Of a stretch of 64,000 nucleotides of DNA, positions 38,477-47,953 are shown piece after piece; the stretch's first letter is position 1; each line of letters opens with the position of its first letter. Origin of the DNA: Candidatus Acidiferrales bacterium (GTDB lineage Bacteria; Acidobacteriota; Terriglobia; Acidiferrales; UBA7541). The position numbers and the translations under genes are program-made. Below the pieces are notes generated by a model. That model was given only the letters and a program-made list of their open reading frames with translations, did not search any database and was not told the origin of the DNA. The stretch is taken from contig JASHRC010000067.1 of assembly GCA_030037525.1 (NCBI GenBank), positions 3,469 to 67,468 of the forward strand, written 5' to 3'.

Positions 38477-39172
38477 CTACAACCAAACCACCGCAGCCCT
38501 AATCCGGGGCTCGCCCGCCAGGACCATCGCAAACGGGAGAGACGGGGACGCTCGGCCGACGACCGGGCGGGGCTCGGCGCGGTCGATCAAGGTGTGCCAC
38601 AGGAACTCGGGGAAGGTGGTGAAGATGGAGTCAGCGCCGCCGCGGACACTGTGCCATGCGCCCACGGTTACCTCGTTTTCAAATTGCTCCGGGTCCCATT
38701 GAGCGCGCCCCACGAAAACACGCAGCGTGGACGCCTGTTCGGGGTTTTGGGCCAGCGCGACAATGGCGTTAGCGTCAAACGTGACGTAAACATCGCCGAA
38801 CACCAGGGTCGCCTTACCAGGAGAGGTCTTCGAGCGAAAGATAGCGCTGCGCGCTCCGACGCCCGCGTCGACCGGGCCGCCAAAATAGGCCACCTCATCC
38901 AGTTTCTCTAGTTCAGGGGCATCGGGAAACAGATCGCGCACCTTGATCTTTGAGGGCTTATTCAAGATAAGCCCCACCAGCAGCTGTCGCTCCTTGATCG
39001 GCAGCATCAACACAACCGATTCTTTAAACAGCGGATCTCCGAGCCCGCGGCTGGCAACCAGAAATTGTCCCTGGGTTTTGGGTTTGTTGCTCTCTGCTTG
39101 ACGGGCGGTCGTCGAAGGCCAGGAAGCCATCAAGGCCAAGAGCAGAATCGCAGAGGCGAGGGATCGATGCAT
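38477..39172 (-). CDS. YqgE/AlgH (UPF0301) family protein with N-terminal signal-peptide-like extension
   Basis: FKESVVLMLPIKERQLLVGLILNKP..., YFGGPVD and VFVGRAQWDPEQFENEVTVGAWH. N-terminus MHRSLASAILLLALMASWPSTTARQ. ATG 39172 verified. Confidence 0.75.
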   Translation of the reverse strand: MHRSLASAILLLALMASWPSTTARQAESNKPKTQGQFLVASRGLGDPLFKESVVLMLPIKERQLLVGLILNKPSKIKVRDLFPDAPELEKLDEVAYFGGPVDAGVGARSAIFRSKTSPGKATLVFGDVYVTFDANAIVALAQNPEQASTLRVFVGRAQWDPEQFENEVTVGAWHSVRGGADSIFTTFPEFLWHTLIDRAEPRPVVGRASPSLPFAMVLAGEPRIRAAVVWL

Positions 39173-39265
39173 CTCTATGCCGTTTCTAGCGCGCATGGGC
39201 AATGATATACCGCCCGTCGGAAGGACACCACCAAGAGGCGCAGCTCGGCCGGGGCAGCAATCGGG

Positions 39266-40177
39266 TCAGAGGATTTTTTTGCCCAGCCCGGAGAGGATCA
39301 GCTCCACGCCGAGGCTTGCCGTGGTGTTGTGCAGATCAATCACTGGGTTGATTTCGACCAGCTCGAACGAAATCATCGCCCCGCTGTCGGCGATCATTTC
39401 CAAGGCCAGGTGCGCCTCGCGATATGTGACTCCGCCGCGCACGGGGGTGCCGACACCGGGCGCATCAGATGGATCGACGAAGTCCATATCCAGGCTGACC
39501 GCAACGCCGGCCGTGTCGTCGCTCGCAAATCGCAGGGCCTCCGACATCACTTCGCGCATGCCGCGCTCGTCGATGTCGCGCATGGTGAAGACGTGAACCC
39601 CCGACTCCTTGGCGAAGCGGCGTTCCTTGGCGTCGAGATCCCGCGTGCCGATCAGCGAGACGTGGCGCGGCTCAGCCATGGGCTTCAGGCCGGCCAGATC
39701 GGTCAACTCGGCCGCTCCGCTGCCCACGATCGCCGCAAGCGGCATGCCGTGCACGTTTCCGGTGGGGGATGATTCCGGTGTGTTCATGTCGCCGTGCGCG
39801 TCGAGCCAAACGACCCCGATGCGTTTCCCCTCCCGATGGAAGTGCGCGGCTGCTCCGGCGACGGTGCCGACGGCGATAGAATGGTCGCCGCCGAGGACCA
39901 GCGGGAGCAGGCCCTCTGCGAGCGCCCGGCGAACCATTTCCGCAAGACTTTTACAGGTTTGGGAGATTTCTTCCAGGTAACGGGCCTTCCGTTCGCCGTA
40001 GGGCTGCTCTTCGGCCTGCGGCACGGTGATGTTGCCGGCATCCTCGACTTGGCGACCGAGCTGCTTCAACCGCGACTGTAGTCCCGCGACACGAAGAGCC
40101 GAAGGACCCATGTCGACGCCGCGGCGGCTTGCGCCAAGGTCCATCGGAACGCCGATGATGCGAATTTTTTCGGGCAT
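39266..40177 (-). CDS. arginase (ureohydrolase family)
   Basis: IRIIGVPMDLGASRRGVDMGP, LVLGGDHSIAVG, WLDAHGDMNTPESSPTGNVHGMPLA and SLDMDFVDPSDAPGVGTP (Mn-binding motifs). ATG 40177 verified. Confidence 0.85.
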   Translation of the reverse strand: MPEKIRIIGVPMDLGASRRGVDMGPSALRVAGLQSRLKQLGRQVEDAGNITVPQAEEQPYGERKARYLEEISQTCKSLAEMVRRALAEGLLPLVLGGDHSIAVGTVAGAAAHFHREGKRIGVVWLDAHGDMNTPESSPTGNVHGMPLAAIVGSGAAELTDLAGLKPMAEPRHVSLIGTRDLDAKERRFAKESGVHVFTMRDIDERGMREVMSEALRFASDDTAGVAVSLDMDFVDPSDAPGVGTPVRGGVTYREAHLALEMIADSGAMISFELVEINPVIDLHNTTASLGVELILSGLGKKIL

Positions 40178-40312
40178 GTATTTCGAGTGATCCTTGCCCC
40201 AGCAGCAAACCAAGCGAGTTGCTTCAGGCCCGGCTGAACCCGCCGCCTGAGCTCAGAACCGACTGTGCTCGACAGGAAGCTCGACAGAGTCGCGCAAACA
40301 CCGACACCGGTG

Positions 40313-41638
40313 TCAAGGATAGACGCGATAGAGCATGCGGGGAAAGGGGATGACCTCACGGATGTGCTCGGTCCCACAAATCCACGCAACGGTGCGCTCC
40401 AGACCCAAACCAAAGCCGGCGTGCGGAACGCTGCCGTATCGCCGCAGATCGAGATACCACTGAAACGCTTCTTCTGGCAGATGGTGCTCCCGGATGCGCC
40501 GCACGAGCGTCTGGTAGTTGGATTGGCGTTCACCACCGCCAATGATTTCGCCTCCCCCTTCCGGTGCGATCACGTCGAAGTTGAGCGCCAGGTCGGGGTG
40601 CTCGGGATCGGTGGCCATGTAAAAGGCCTTCATCACCGCGGGATAGCGATGAACGACGACCGGCTTTTCGAAGCCCTTGGAGAGCAGGGTCTCCTCGTCG
40701 CCGCCGAAGTCATCGCCCCATTTGGTTGGATTACCGGCCTTTTCCAGAATCTTCACCGCTTCGTCATAGCTGAGGCGCGGAAAGGGCGGAAGGATTTTGG
40801 CCAGCTTGGATCGGTCGCGGCCGAGCGCCTCCAGTTCGCGCGCGCGATTCTGGACGACCGCTTGAACCATCGCGCTCACCAGCCCTTCGGCGAGCCGGAT
40901 CATGTCTTCCAGCTGACAGTAAGCGGCTTCGGGCTCGAGCATCCAGAATTCGGTCAGGTGGCGACGCGTCTTCGATTTTTCCGCACGGAAGGTGGGGCCG
41001 AAAGTGTAAACCTTGCCTAGTGCGGCGGCGGTGGCCTCGGCATACAGCTGGCCGGACTGCGTTAGATAGGCTTTCTGATCATCGATGTAGTTGACTTCGA
41101 AAAGCGTGGTGGTGCCTTCGCAGGCCGCCGGAGTGAAGATGGGTGCGTCGGTGAGCGTGTAGCCCTGTTCGTCCATGAAATTGCGCGCGGCGCGAATGGC
41201 TTCGGCGCGGATACGCAGGATGGAAGCCTGGCGCGGCGTGCGAATCCAGAGATGACGATGATCGAGCAGAAAATCGACCCCATGCTCCTTGAGCTGAATC
41301 GGATACGGGTTCGATTCCGGCACGCGCTGCACGATCTCGGCGGCCTGGACCTGGATTTCGTACCCGCCGGGAGCGCGCGGCTCTGGCTGGATCTGGCCGG
41401 TGGCGATCACACTGGACTCCTGCGTCAGTCCCTTGAGCGCGGCGAATGCTTCGGGAAATTCCTTCTCCGAGACAACGCCTTGGATCAGGCCGGTGCCGTC
41501 GCGAAAAATCGGGAATAGAAGCTTGCCCGATTCGCGCAGGTTGTAGAGCCATCCGCGAATGGTGACGACCCGACCGACATGGTCGCCGGCGCGTTCCACG
41601 GCGATGGTTGGTGCGGCAGCTTGGGCTTGCTGAGTCAT
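40313..41638 (-). CDS. asnS: asparagine--tRNA ligase (class IIb)
   Basis: N-terminal OB domain ([18 protein letters not shown]). Motif 2 [21 protein letters not shown]. Motif 3 [13 protein letters not shown]. Length 441 aa. Confidence 0.85.
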   Translation of the reverse strand: MTQQAQAAAPTIAVERAGDHVGRVVTIRGWLYNLRESGKLLFPIFRDGTGLIQGVVSEKEFPEAFAALKGLTQESSVIATGQIQPEPRAPGGYEIQVQAAEIVQRVPESNPYPIQLKEHGVDFLLDHRHLWIRTPRQASILRIRAEAIRAARNFMDEQGYTLTDAPIFTPAACEGTTTLFEVNYIDDQKAYLTQSGQLYAEATAAALGKVYTFGPTFRAEKSKTRRHLTEFWMLEPEAAYCQLEDMIRLAEGLVSAMVQAVVQNRARELEALGRDRSKLAKILPPFPRLSYDEAVKILEKAGNPTKWGDDFGGDEETLLSKGFEKPVVVHRYPAVMKAFYMATDPEHPDLALNFDVIAPEGGGEIIGGGERQSNYQTLVRRIREHHLPEEAFQWYLDLRRYGSVPHAGFGLGLERTVAWICGTEHIREVIPFPRMLYRVYP

Positions 41639-41659
41639 CGGTTTGCTTCGGTCGAGCGG

Positions 41660-42514
41660 TCAGGTGCGGGCCGCGCTCACGCCTTTTTCGTCGAGATGTT
41701 TTTCCAGTTTGTCGAACGCGGCGCGAATCTGATCGAGCGAAGGGACACCGGACAACCGCTCTTTGAGCTCCAGGACGAACGCGGGAGGTTCTGGTCGACC
41801 GGCCAGCGCACCCAGCGCCGCTTCCCAATCGATCGTCCCGTCGAAGGGGAGGAGGTGCTCGTCCTCGTCGCCGTGATTGTCGTGAACATGCACGGTGACA
41901 ATGCGGTCGCGCATCGACTCCAAGCCAGCCGCGACACCGTCGCCGATGTGCGCATGCCCGATATCAAAGCAGAAGCGCAGATCGTTCAAGCGAGTTTGCT
42001 TGACGAATTGCGCGAGCGATTCGGGAGAGCCGAATTCATGGGGCGTATTTTCGATGGCGATCGTAACACCTCGCTGCTTCGCAAACAAAACCAGGTGTTC
42101 AAGCGAGCTAAAGGCCGCGTCGAGGTTGCGGGGGTCGACTGGCTGACGGCTGGTGGCCATGTGCTGGATGAGATAGTGAAAAGGAATCGTTTCGGCGACT
42201 TCCAGGGCACGCTTGACTTCGTCGACGGCGTCGACGCGGCGGATGCGTTCCGGGTCAGAAATGGAAATGGGGACGCCGCTGCTGCGCCCCCCTGCCGAGC
42301 CGCGTTCGGTAGGAGCGTGAAGGGCGTGCAGCTTGAGCCCGTACTCTTCGAGACCGCCAAGAAGTTCGCGCACCATTTGCGGAAGGCCATAGACGAAGTG
42401 CTCGGAGCCGCAAAAAACCTCGATGGCAAAAATGCCCGCAGCTGCAATCGAGGAGAGCAGCTCGGGAAGCAGCGGCTGATTTACATATCTGTACGTTGAG
42501 AGAATGCGTTGCAT
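41660..42514 (-). CDS. sugar phosphate isomerase/epimerase (xylose-isomerase-like TIM barrel) family protein
   Basis: Pattern ...AIEVF..., LHAP, IENTP and CFDIGHAHI...HVHDN, typical of AP_endonuc_2/TIM-barrel proteins. ATG 42514; the ORF is open to 42544. Confidence 0.7.
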   Translation of the reverse strand: MQRILSTYRYVNQPLLPELLSSIAAAGIFAIEVFCGSEHFVYGLPQMVRELLGGLEEYGLKLHALHAPTERGSAGGRSSGVPISISDPERIRRVDAVDEVKRALEVAETIPFHYLIQHMATSRQPVDPRNLDAAFSSLEHLVLFAKQRGVTIAIENTPHEFGSPESLAQFVKQTRLNDLRFCFDIGHAHIGDGVAAGLESMRDRIVTVHVHDNHGDEDEHLLPFDGTIDWEAALGALAGRPEPPAFVLELKERLSGVPSLDQIRAAFDKLEKHLDEKGVSAART

Positions 42515-42638
42515 GCAGGCCTCATGGGGCATTGACCGGACCACCTATGGTCGGTGGAAACCGCCTTGGCGTCAATAGTGGGCAAATGAGTGGGCGAAGT
42601 ACGGTAAACAAGAACCAGTTCGGCAGGGCTCGCCGGCA

Positions 42639-42660
42639 GCGACCCACGTCGTGGGTTCGC
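42639..42660 (-). terminator. GC-rich hairpin downstream of mqnD (no U-tract)
   Basis: GCGACCCAC-gtc-GTGGGT(t)CGC read from the sequence, about 55-75 nt after the mqnD stop. It lacks a T-run, so intrinsic-terminator function is uncertain. Confidence 0.25.
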
Positions 42661-42712
42661 GAACCTCGACCCATCCAGTTCTGCTCATGCTACCGAGCAA
42701 CTGGTACTGGGT

Positions 42713-43615
42713 TTACGGCTCGTGGATAGCTCTGGGCTCAGGGTCGGCCTCAGGCAGCTTCGGAAAGGAATCGAGCTTGAAGGACGATGGAACCAGGCCG
42801 ATCGCTGCGCCTCGCGAAAGCAATTCGTAAACCGCGCGCCGTCCTTTCTCGCCGTAATCGAGCGTCCAATGGTTTACATACATGCCGATGAACTTGTCGG
42901 CGAGCTCGGGGTCCATATCACGCGCAAACTGGAGGGCGTACTGAACGGCCGGCTCGCGATGAGCGAGGGCATAGGTCACGCTCTCCCGGATAATTCGGGC
43001 GACCTGCAGACCCATTTCCGGACCCAGACTGCGCAGCACCGCATTGGCTCCCAGCGGAAGCGGCAAGTCGGTCAGTTCCTGCCACCACTGCCCCAAATCG
43101 ACAACTCGGTGCAGGCCCATACCCGAGAAAAGCAGTTGTCCTTCGTGAATCAGCAGTCCGGCCTCGACTTCCTTGGCCTGGACCGCGCCCAGGATCCGAT
43201 CGAAAGGCATGGTAACGGTTTCGACGTTCGGCTCGAACAGCTTGAGGGCGAGATAGGAAGTCGTGAGTGTGCCGGGAATCGCGATTTTGCGGCCCGCCAA
43301 ATCGTTCTTTTTGATCGAGTGCGAGGCGACCACAATGGGGCCGTAGCCCTCGCCGAAGCTTGCCCCGCAATCCAGTAGAGCGTAATTTTCTGACACGAAA
43401 GCGTAGCCGTAGAAGCTGAGCGCGGTGATTTCGTACCTGCATTCGCGGGCGGCTTGGTTGAGCGACTCGATATCGGCGAGGATGTGTTCGAATTTTACGC
43501 CAGGCAGACGCACCTTTCCGGTCGCCAAGGCGTAAAACATGAAGGCATCGTCGCTATCGGGCGAGTGGGCCAGGCGCAAGGCCGCTGGCTGGGGTGTCGC
43601 GGCTGGTGTCGACAT
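42713..43615 (-). CDS. mqnD: 1,4-dihydroxy-6-naphthoate synthase-like protein (MqnA/MqnD family, futalosine pathway)
   Basis: LRLAHSPDSDDAFMFYALATGKV...FEHILADIESLNQ...ITALSFYGYA...CGASFGEGYGPIVV resembles MqnD. ATG 43615 verified. The track extension to 43837 is rejected. Confidence 0.7.
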   Translation of the reverse strand: MSTPAATPQPAALRLAHSPDSDDAFMFYALATGKVRLPGVKFEHILADIESLNQAARECRYEITALSFYGYAFVSENYALLDCGASFGEGYGPIVVASHSIKKNDLAGRKIAIPGTLTTSYLALKLFEPNVETVTMPFDRILGAVQAKEVEAGLLIHEGQLLFSGMGLHRVVDLGQWWQELTDLPLPLGANAVLRSLGPEMGLQVARIIRESVTYALAHREPAVQYALQFARDMDPELADKFIGMYVNHWTLDYGEKGRRAVYELLSRGAAIGLVPSSFKLDSFPKLPEADPEPRAIHEP

Positions 43616-43884
43616 GTCAATGACCGTCCTGCCCACATCGGAAACGCGCCGATCGCCGAGCCAAACAAGTCTCCCGCGAATTCCTGGGCGCTGCTCTGCT
43701 TCTTTCGAAAGCTGCTTAGCGATCGGTGTGCGCGGTCCCGGCCTGAGAGCCCGACAAAAAAACCGGCTAAGGATAACATACCGGCTTGCGGCGCGTACAG
43801 GAGGAGACCTGGGCGCCGCCAACAGCAAGCCACGCATTTGTGGATGGCGCGACGCGAGTCCTGTAAAATGCCGCGGGAGCCGAG

Positions 43885-45057
43885 ATGCCCTTCTTTGGCG
43901 GCGTGGATTTCCTGGAATTCGATTCCCTGCTGAGCGACGAAGAGAAGCTGGCGCGCAAAACCACGCGCCAGTTTGTGGACGAGAAAGTGCTGCCGATCAT
44001 TGTCCACCATGATCGCGCCGGGACTTTTCCGATGGAGCTGGTGCCGGAAATGGCCGAGCTTGGATTTTTCGGCGCCAGCCTCAAGGGATACGGCTGCGTG
44101 GAAATGTCCAATGTGGAATACGGACTGGTCACCCAGGAGCTCGAGCGGGGCGATTCCGGGCTGCGCAGCTTTGTCTCGGTACAGTCGGCACTGGTCATGT
44201 ATCCGATTCACGCCTTCGGCTCGGATTCGCAAAAGGAAAAATGGCTGCCGCTGCTGCAGCAAGGCAAAGCCATCGGCTGCTTCGGGCTCACCGAACCCCA
44301 ATTCGGCTCGAACCCCGGCGGCATGCTGACACGCGCGGTAAGAAAAGGCGCGAGCTACGTGCTGGATGGCGAAAAGATGTGGATCACCAATGGCACGATC
44401 GCCGATGTCGCCTTGATCTGGGCAAAGGGAGAGGATGGGCGGGTTCGAGGATTTCTGGTGGAAAAAGGCACGCCCGGATTCAAGGCTTGGGCGATTCATG
44501 GAAAGCAATCGCTGCGTGCCTCAGTCACCGCAGGCCTGGCCCTGTCCAGTTGCCAGATTCCAGCCGAGAATTTGCTGCCCGGCGTCGAGGGCCTGCGCGG
44601 ACCGCTCTCGTGTCTGAACCAGGCCCGCTACGGCATCGGCTGGGGCGCGATTGGCCCGGCCATGGCATGCTACGACGCTGCGCTAACCTACTCCCAGCAG
44701 CGCAAGCAATTCGAGAACCGCCCCATCGCCTCACATCAGCTGGTACAGGAGAAGCTGGTGTGGATGATCACGGAGATCACCAAGGCGCAATTGTTGGCGC
44801 TGCAGGTTGGACGGCTGAAGGACCAGGGGCGCGTCGATCCCACCCACATCTCCATGCTCAAGATGAACAATGTCTGGATGGCGCGCGAGACGGCACGCAT
44901 GGCTCGGGAAATTCTGGGCGCCAACGGCATCGTCGATGATACCTGCGTAATGCGCCACATGAACAACCTCGAATCGGTTTACACCTACGAGGGCACGCAC
45001 GACATTCACAAGCTGGTGATCGGCGAACGCATCACCGGGATTTCCGCTTTCACTTGA
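43885..45057 (+). CDS. acyl-CoA dehydrogenase, glutaryl-CoA dehydrogenase-like
   Basis: FDSLLSDEEKLARKTTRQFVDEKVLP..., GLTEPQFGSNPGGMLT, KMWITNG and YTYEGTHDIHKLVIGERITG. Confidence 0.85.
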   Translation: MPFFGGVDFLEFDSLLSDEEKLARKTTRQFVDEKVLPIIVHHDRAGTFPMELVPEMAELGFFGASLKGYGCVEMSNVEYGLVTQELERGDSGLRSFVSVQSALVMYPIHAFGSDSQKEKWLPLLQQGKAIGCFGLTEPQFGSNPGGMLTRAVRKGASYVLDGEKMWITNGTIADVALIWAKGEDGRVRGFLVEKGTPGFKAWAIHGKQSLRASVTAGLALSSCQIPAENLLPGVEGLRGPLSCLNQARYGIGWGAIGPAMACYDAALTYSQQRKQFENRPIASHQLVQEKLVWMITEITKAQLLALQVGRLKDQGRVDPTHISMLKMNNVWMARETARMAREILGANGIVDDTCVMRHMNNLESVYTYEGTHDIHKLVIGERITGISAFT

Positions 45058-45070
45058 CCTCGGCGGCTTC

Positions 45071-45101
45071 GGTAGTGTCCTAAACATTTAAGAACACTAC
45101 C
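45071..45101 (+). terminator. hairpin 14 nt after the ACAD stop (no T-run)
   Basis: GGTAGTGT-cc-TAAAcaTTTA-aga-ACACTACC read from the sequence. It is not followed by a T-tract. Confidence 0.25.
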
Positions 45102-45159
45102 GGAATACCGGCCGCAGAAAATCCGCCTTTTACGCTGAACGGTTCGAGTATCCTCAGGC

Positions 45160-45723
45160 ATGCCCTCCATTGCGCATCTGCGCGGCACGGTTGCTGGCGC
45201 GGCCATCCTTACGCTTTTTGGCTCCGCGTGGTGCATCATAGCGCTTACCCTCTGGGGCGCGCGTCCCAGCTGGTCCATTCCCGCGGGATCCACGGCCACC
45301 GTGGCGCTGCTTGCGCTGTCTGTCCAGCGGCTTATAGCTTTGAGAAAGATTCCAGGCGTCGATGACCCGGCTGCAGCAGCCAAAGGAAAACGGGCTGGCA
45401 TGTTTTTTGGAATCATATTGGGAGCCGAATGCTTACTGATATGGCTCTGCGCGATGCTCTTGGCGCATCTTGGCCTGGGTATTTGGATTCCCATGGGGGT
45501 TGCTGGGATCGTTGGCTTGCATTTCCTTCCTTTGGCGCGCGTATTCGAGGTACCGCTTTACTACTGGACGGGAGCGCTCTGCGTCCTTGGTATGCTCGCC
45601 TGTTCCATGCTCCACGATGCCGGCACACGGCTGCTGTGCGTGGGACTGCTGATGGCTGCGGTGCTCTGGCTGACGGCCCTGTTGCTCCTGCTGCGAGCTC
45701 ATCCTAGGCAGGAGCAGACCTAG
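45160..45723 (+). CDS. hypothetical polytopic membrane protein
   Basis: About 5-6 hydrophobic helices (AILTLFGSAWCIIALTLW, ATVALLALSV, MFFGIILGAECLLIWLCAMLL, IPMGVAGIVGLHFLPL, ALCVLGMLACSML, LLMAAVLWLTALLLLL). No family recognised. Confidence 0.55.
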   Translation: MPSIAHLRGTVAGAAILTLFGSAWCIIALTLWGARPSWSIPAGSTATVALLALSVQRLIALRKIPGVDDPAAAAKGKRAGMFFGIILGAECLLIWLCAMLLAHLGLGIWIPMGVAGIVGLHFLPLARVFEVPLYYWTGALCVLGMLACSMLHDAGTRLLCVGLLMAAVLWLTALLLLLRAHPRQEQT

Positions 45724-45882
45724 GGCCCGTTAACGATCTCTTCCAGCGGAACAATCCAAATCTCAACGCTCCATGGAGACAGCACCCTAGGTTTTCATTT
45801 ATTCGGATGCACCGCGAATCGGGTCTAGTTTAGAATCGCCCGGCACGATTTCGCGGGCTTGGCCGCCCTTCGGGGGTAGTCC

Positions 45883-46872
45883 ATGGAACAGGAACTGAGT
45901 CTTGAATACTTGCGCGTCGTGGAGCGTGCTGCCATCGCCTGCGCGCGCACGATGGGGCAGGGCGACCGGCACAAGTCCGATCAGGTCGCCGTCGAAGCGA
46001 TGCGTGAGGAGATGGATACGGTCGGCATGGACGGCACGGTCGTCATCGGAGAGGGCGAGCGCGACCGGGCGCCGATGCTCTATATCGGCGAAAAGGTCGG
46101 CTTGGCTTCGCACGACCGACACCACCAGTATCCTGCTGTCGATATCGCTGTCGATCCGCTGGAAGGCACCAATCTTTGCGCAACAGGCGAGCCCAATGCC
46201 ATCACGGTGCTGGCAGCGAGCGAGCACGGAGGCCTGCTGCACGCGCCGGACTTGTACATGGAGAAAATCATCGTGGGGCCGCTCTGCAAAGGCGCCGTCG
46301 ACCTCGAAGCACCTCCGGAAAGGAATCTCAAGGCCATCGCCAAACGGCTCGAGCGCAAAGTGGGAGATCTGGTTGTGACGGTCCTCGATCGCCCCAGGCA
46401 CGAGAAATTGATTGCCGACATACGCAAGGCCGGCGCGCGCATTCGACTGATCTCCGATGGCGATCTATCGGCGGGAATCAGCGCGGCGGTCTCCGACATG
46501 GGCGTTCACGCCGTGATGGGGACTGGCGGCGCCCCCGAGGGAGTTCTCACCGCCGCGGCTCTCAAATGCCTGAACGGACAGATCCTTGCGCGGCTCGTGG
46601 TCTCAACGAAGGAGCACCGAGAACGCACTGCAAGAATGGGAATCACAGACCCTAGGCGCATTTATGACACCGCCGATTTGGCGCCCGGGAAGAAGATCAT
46701 CTTTGCCTCGACCGGGGTCACGCCGGGCGGCTTGCTCCGCGGGGTCCGTTTCTTCGGCGGTGGGACGAGGACACAATCTGTGATCATGACCTACGAGGAC
46801 CGGCAGATCCGCTTCATCGATTCCGTGCATATCGAAAAGGGGGCCAAGGACGTCCGCATCCGCTTCTATTAG
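45883..46872 (+). CDS. glpX: class II fructose-1,6-bisphosphatase
   Basis: [54 protein letters not shown] and the overall GlpX pattern. Length 329 aa. Confidence 0.9.
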   Translation: MEQELSLEYLRVVERAAIACARTMGQGDRHKSDQVAVEAMREEMDTVGMDGTVVIGEGERDRAPMLYIGEKVGLASHDRHHQYPAVDIAVDPLEGTNLCATGEPNAITVLAASEHGGLLHAPDLYMEKIIVGPLCKGAVDLEAPPERNLKAIAKRLERKVGDLVVTVLDRPRHEKLIADIRKAGARIRLISDGDLSAGISAAVSDMGVHAVMGTGGAPEGVLTAAALKCLNGQILARLVVSTKEHRERTARMGITDPRRIYDTADLAPGKKIIFASTGVTPGGLLRGVRFFGGGTRTQSVIMTYEDRQIRFIDSVHIEKGAKDVRIRFY

Positions 46873-47248
46873 GGAGGGCCCGAAAGCGAGCCATTCTCCT
46901 TGTCGGTGTCATCGGCCGCCGGATTGTCCGGGTGGAACAGCCAGGGCCGCATTGACCAGGCGCTCGGTTCAACTTGCTGGGCCACGGGCGCCGGTGAGGT
47001 GCGCCGATCGCATGAGGCCCCTCGCTGGTCTTGAGTACCTGGTCGCCCTGTTTGTCGAACCAGCTGTGCCCAGTTCCTACGTTCCCACTCCGTGTGCTCC
47101 ATCAGGTGGTCGAAACTGAGATTCAAAGCCTGGGGACAGCCGCTTTCAGACGATCGGCGATCTGGTGCGGCAATGTGTGGTACGGAAAGGCGCTGAACGG
47201 GTTGGTTTGCGAACTCCAAGGATTTCATCGACTCCGCTGTGTTCTAGG

Positions 47249-47286
47249 AAAAAAATCGGCGCCGGCCCGCGGAGTGCCGGGCCGGC
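47249..47286 (-). terminator. rho-independent terminator of the XRE-family regulator gene
   Basis: Minus strand reads GCCGGCCCG-gcactccg-CGGGCCGGC followed by GCCGA-TTTTTTT. The 9-bp GC stem starts about 35 nt after the regulator stop (47321). Confidence 0.6.
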
Positions 47287-47320
47287 TCGCTCGAAGGTGC
47301 TGACGCCGGAAAAAAACCCT

Positions 47321-47953
47321 CTACCGGTGGAAGGAGGCTGCCACGTGCCCGCCACCTGTGTGAGGAGTCCGGCGAGGCACATGGTGCGGTATCCGCTCGG
47401 CCGGTTGCGGCGCGAGCGGACGCACGTGCTGGCTCGTGCTCACGTGATCACTGATCGCCTGCAACCGCTTCAGAATGCCCTGCCACTGCGCCCAATCGAG
47501 CTGCCGCAGATACGGCCGAAGGCCCTGAATGAAGGGGTCCTCGAGCACCGTCTCGCCGTTCGACTCCGGCACGAAAAAGCGGTTCAGGCCAACACCCAAT
47601 GCCTCGGCAATCTTTTCAAGCGTGCCTAGGCTGGGGGTCATCTGGCCACTCTCGATGCGGGAGAGGTAGGAACGGGAAACGCGAGAGCGCGCTTGCAATT
47701 GGCTCTGCGTCATGCCCCGCGATTCGCGCAATTGGCGGATCCGCTGGCCGATGTTCTCGACCGTCTCGCGGTTGGGCCAATTCTCAAACAGCTGACGGTC
47801 GTCGCCGGGAAGATCCTGGGGCGACGGCGTGGGAATAACGAAAGTAACCTTCGGCGGCAACAGTCGCAAACAACGCCGGCAGTTGCCGGTGCGTGTACGG
47901 TATTGAACTAATCCGCAAACCTGACAGCGGATCACCTCGCGATCAAGTTCCAT
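47321..47953 (-). CDS. XRE-family HTH transcriptional regulator with N-terminal CxxC...CxxC zinc ribbon
   Basis: MELDREVIRCQVCGLVQYRTRTGNCRRC (zinc ribbon). HTH IGQRIRQLRESRGMTQSQLQARSRVSRSYLSRIESGQMTPSLGTLEKIAEALGV. ATG 47953 verified. The track ORF opens at 48091. Confidence 0.8.
   Translation of the reverse strand: MELDREVIRCQVCGLVQYRTRTGNCRRCLRLLPPKVTFVIPTPSPQDLPGDDRQLFENWPNRETVENIGQRIRQLRESRGMTQSQLQARSRVSRSYLSRIESGQMTPSLGTLEKIAEALGVGLNRFFVPESNGETVLEDPFIQGLRPYLRQLDWAQWQGILKRLQAISDHVSTSQHVRPLAPQPAERIPHHVPRRTPHTGGGHVAASFHR

Noticed and set aside
42639-42672. tRNA-like T-arm resemblance (GTGGGTTCGCGAACC)
   Set aside because: The flanking sequence cannot be folded into acceptor, D or anticodon arms. 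There is no matching 5' acceptor strand. I treat it as a simple hairpin.
43495-44508. 337-aa minus-strand ORF opposite the acyl-CoA dehydrogenase gene
   Set aside because: Shadow ORF. The plus strand encodes an unmistakable ACAD, and the antisense product is low-complexity with no motif. I applied the same reasoning to ORFs 1370..2266(-), 1645..2583(+), 7216..8280(+), 21316..22218(-), 25260..25889(-), 29976..30863(-), 33332..34528(+), 35346..36138(+), 37088..38702(+), 40265..41020(+), 41579..42499(+), 58168..58866(+) and 60143..60913(+).
47321-47953. XRE-family regulator plus adjacent small ORF (46869..47228) as a toxin-antitoxin or phage-derived module
   Set aside because: A strong intrinsic terminator separates the two. 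The small ORF has no toxin-like motif and may be a remnant. There are no integrase, repeat or phage genes nearby.
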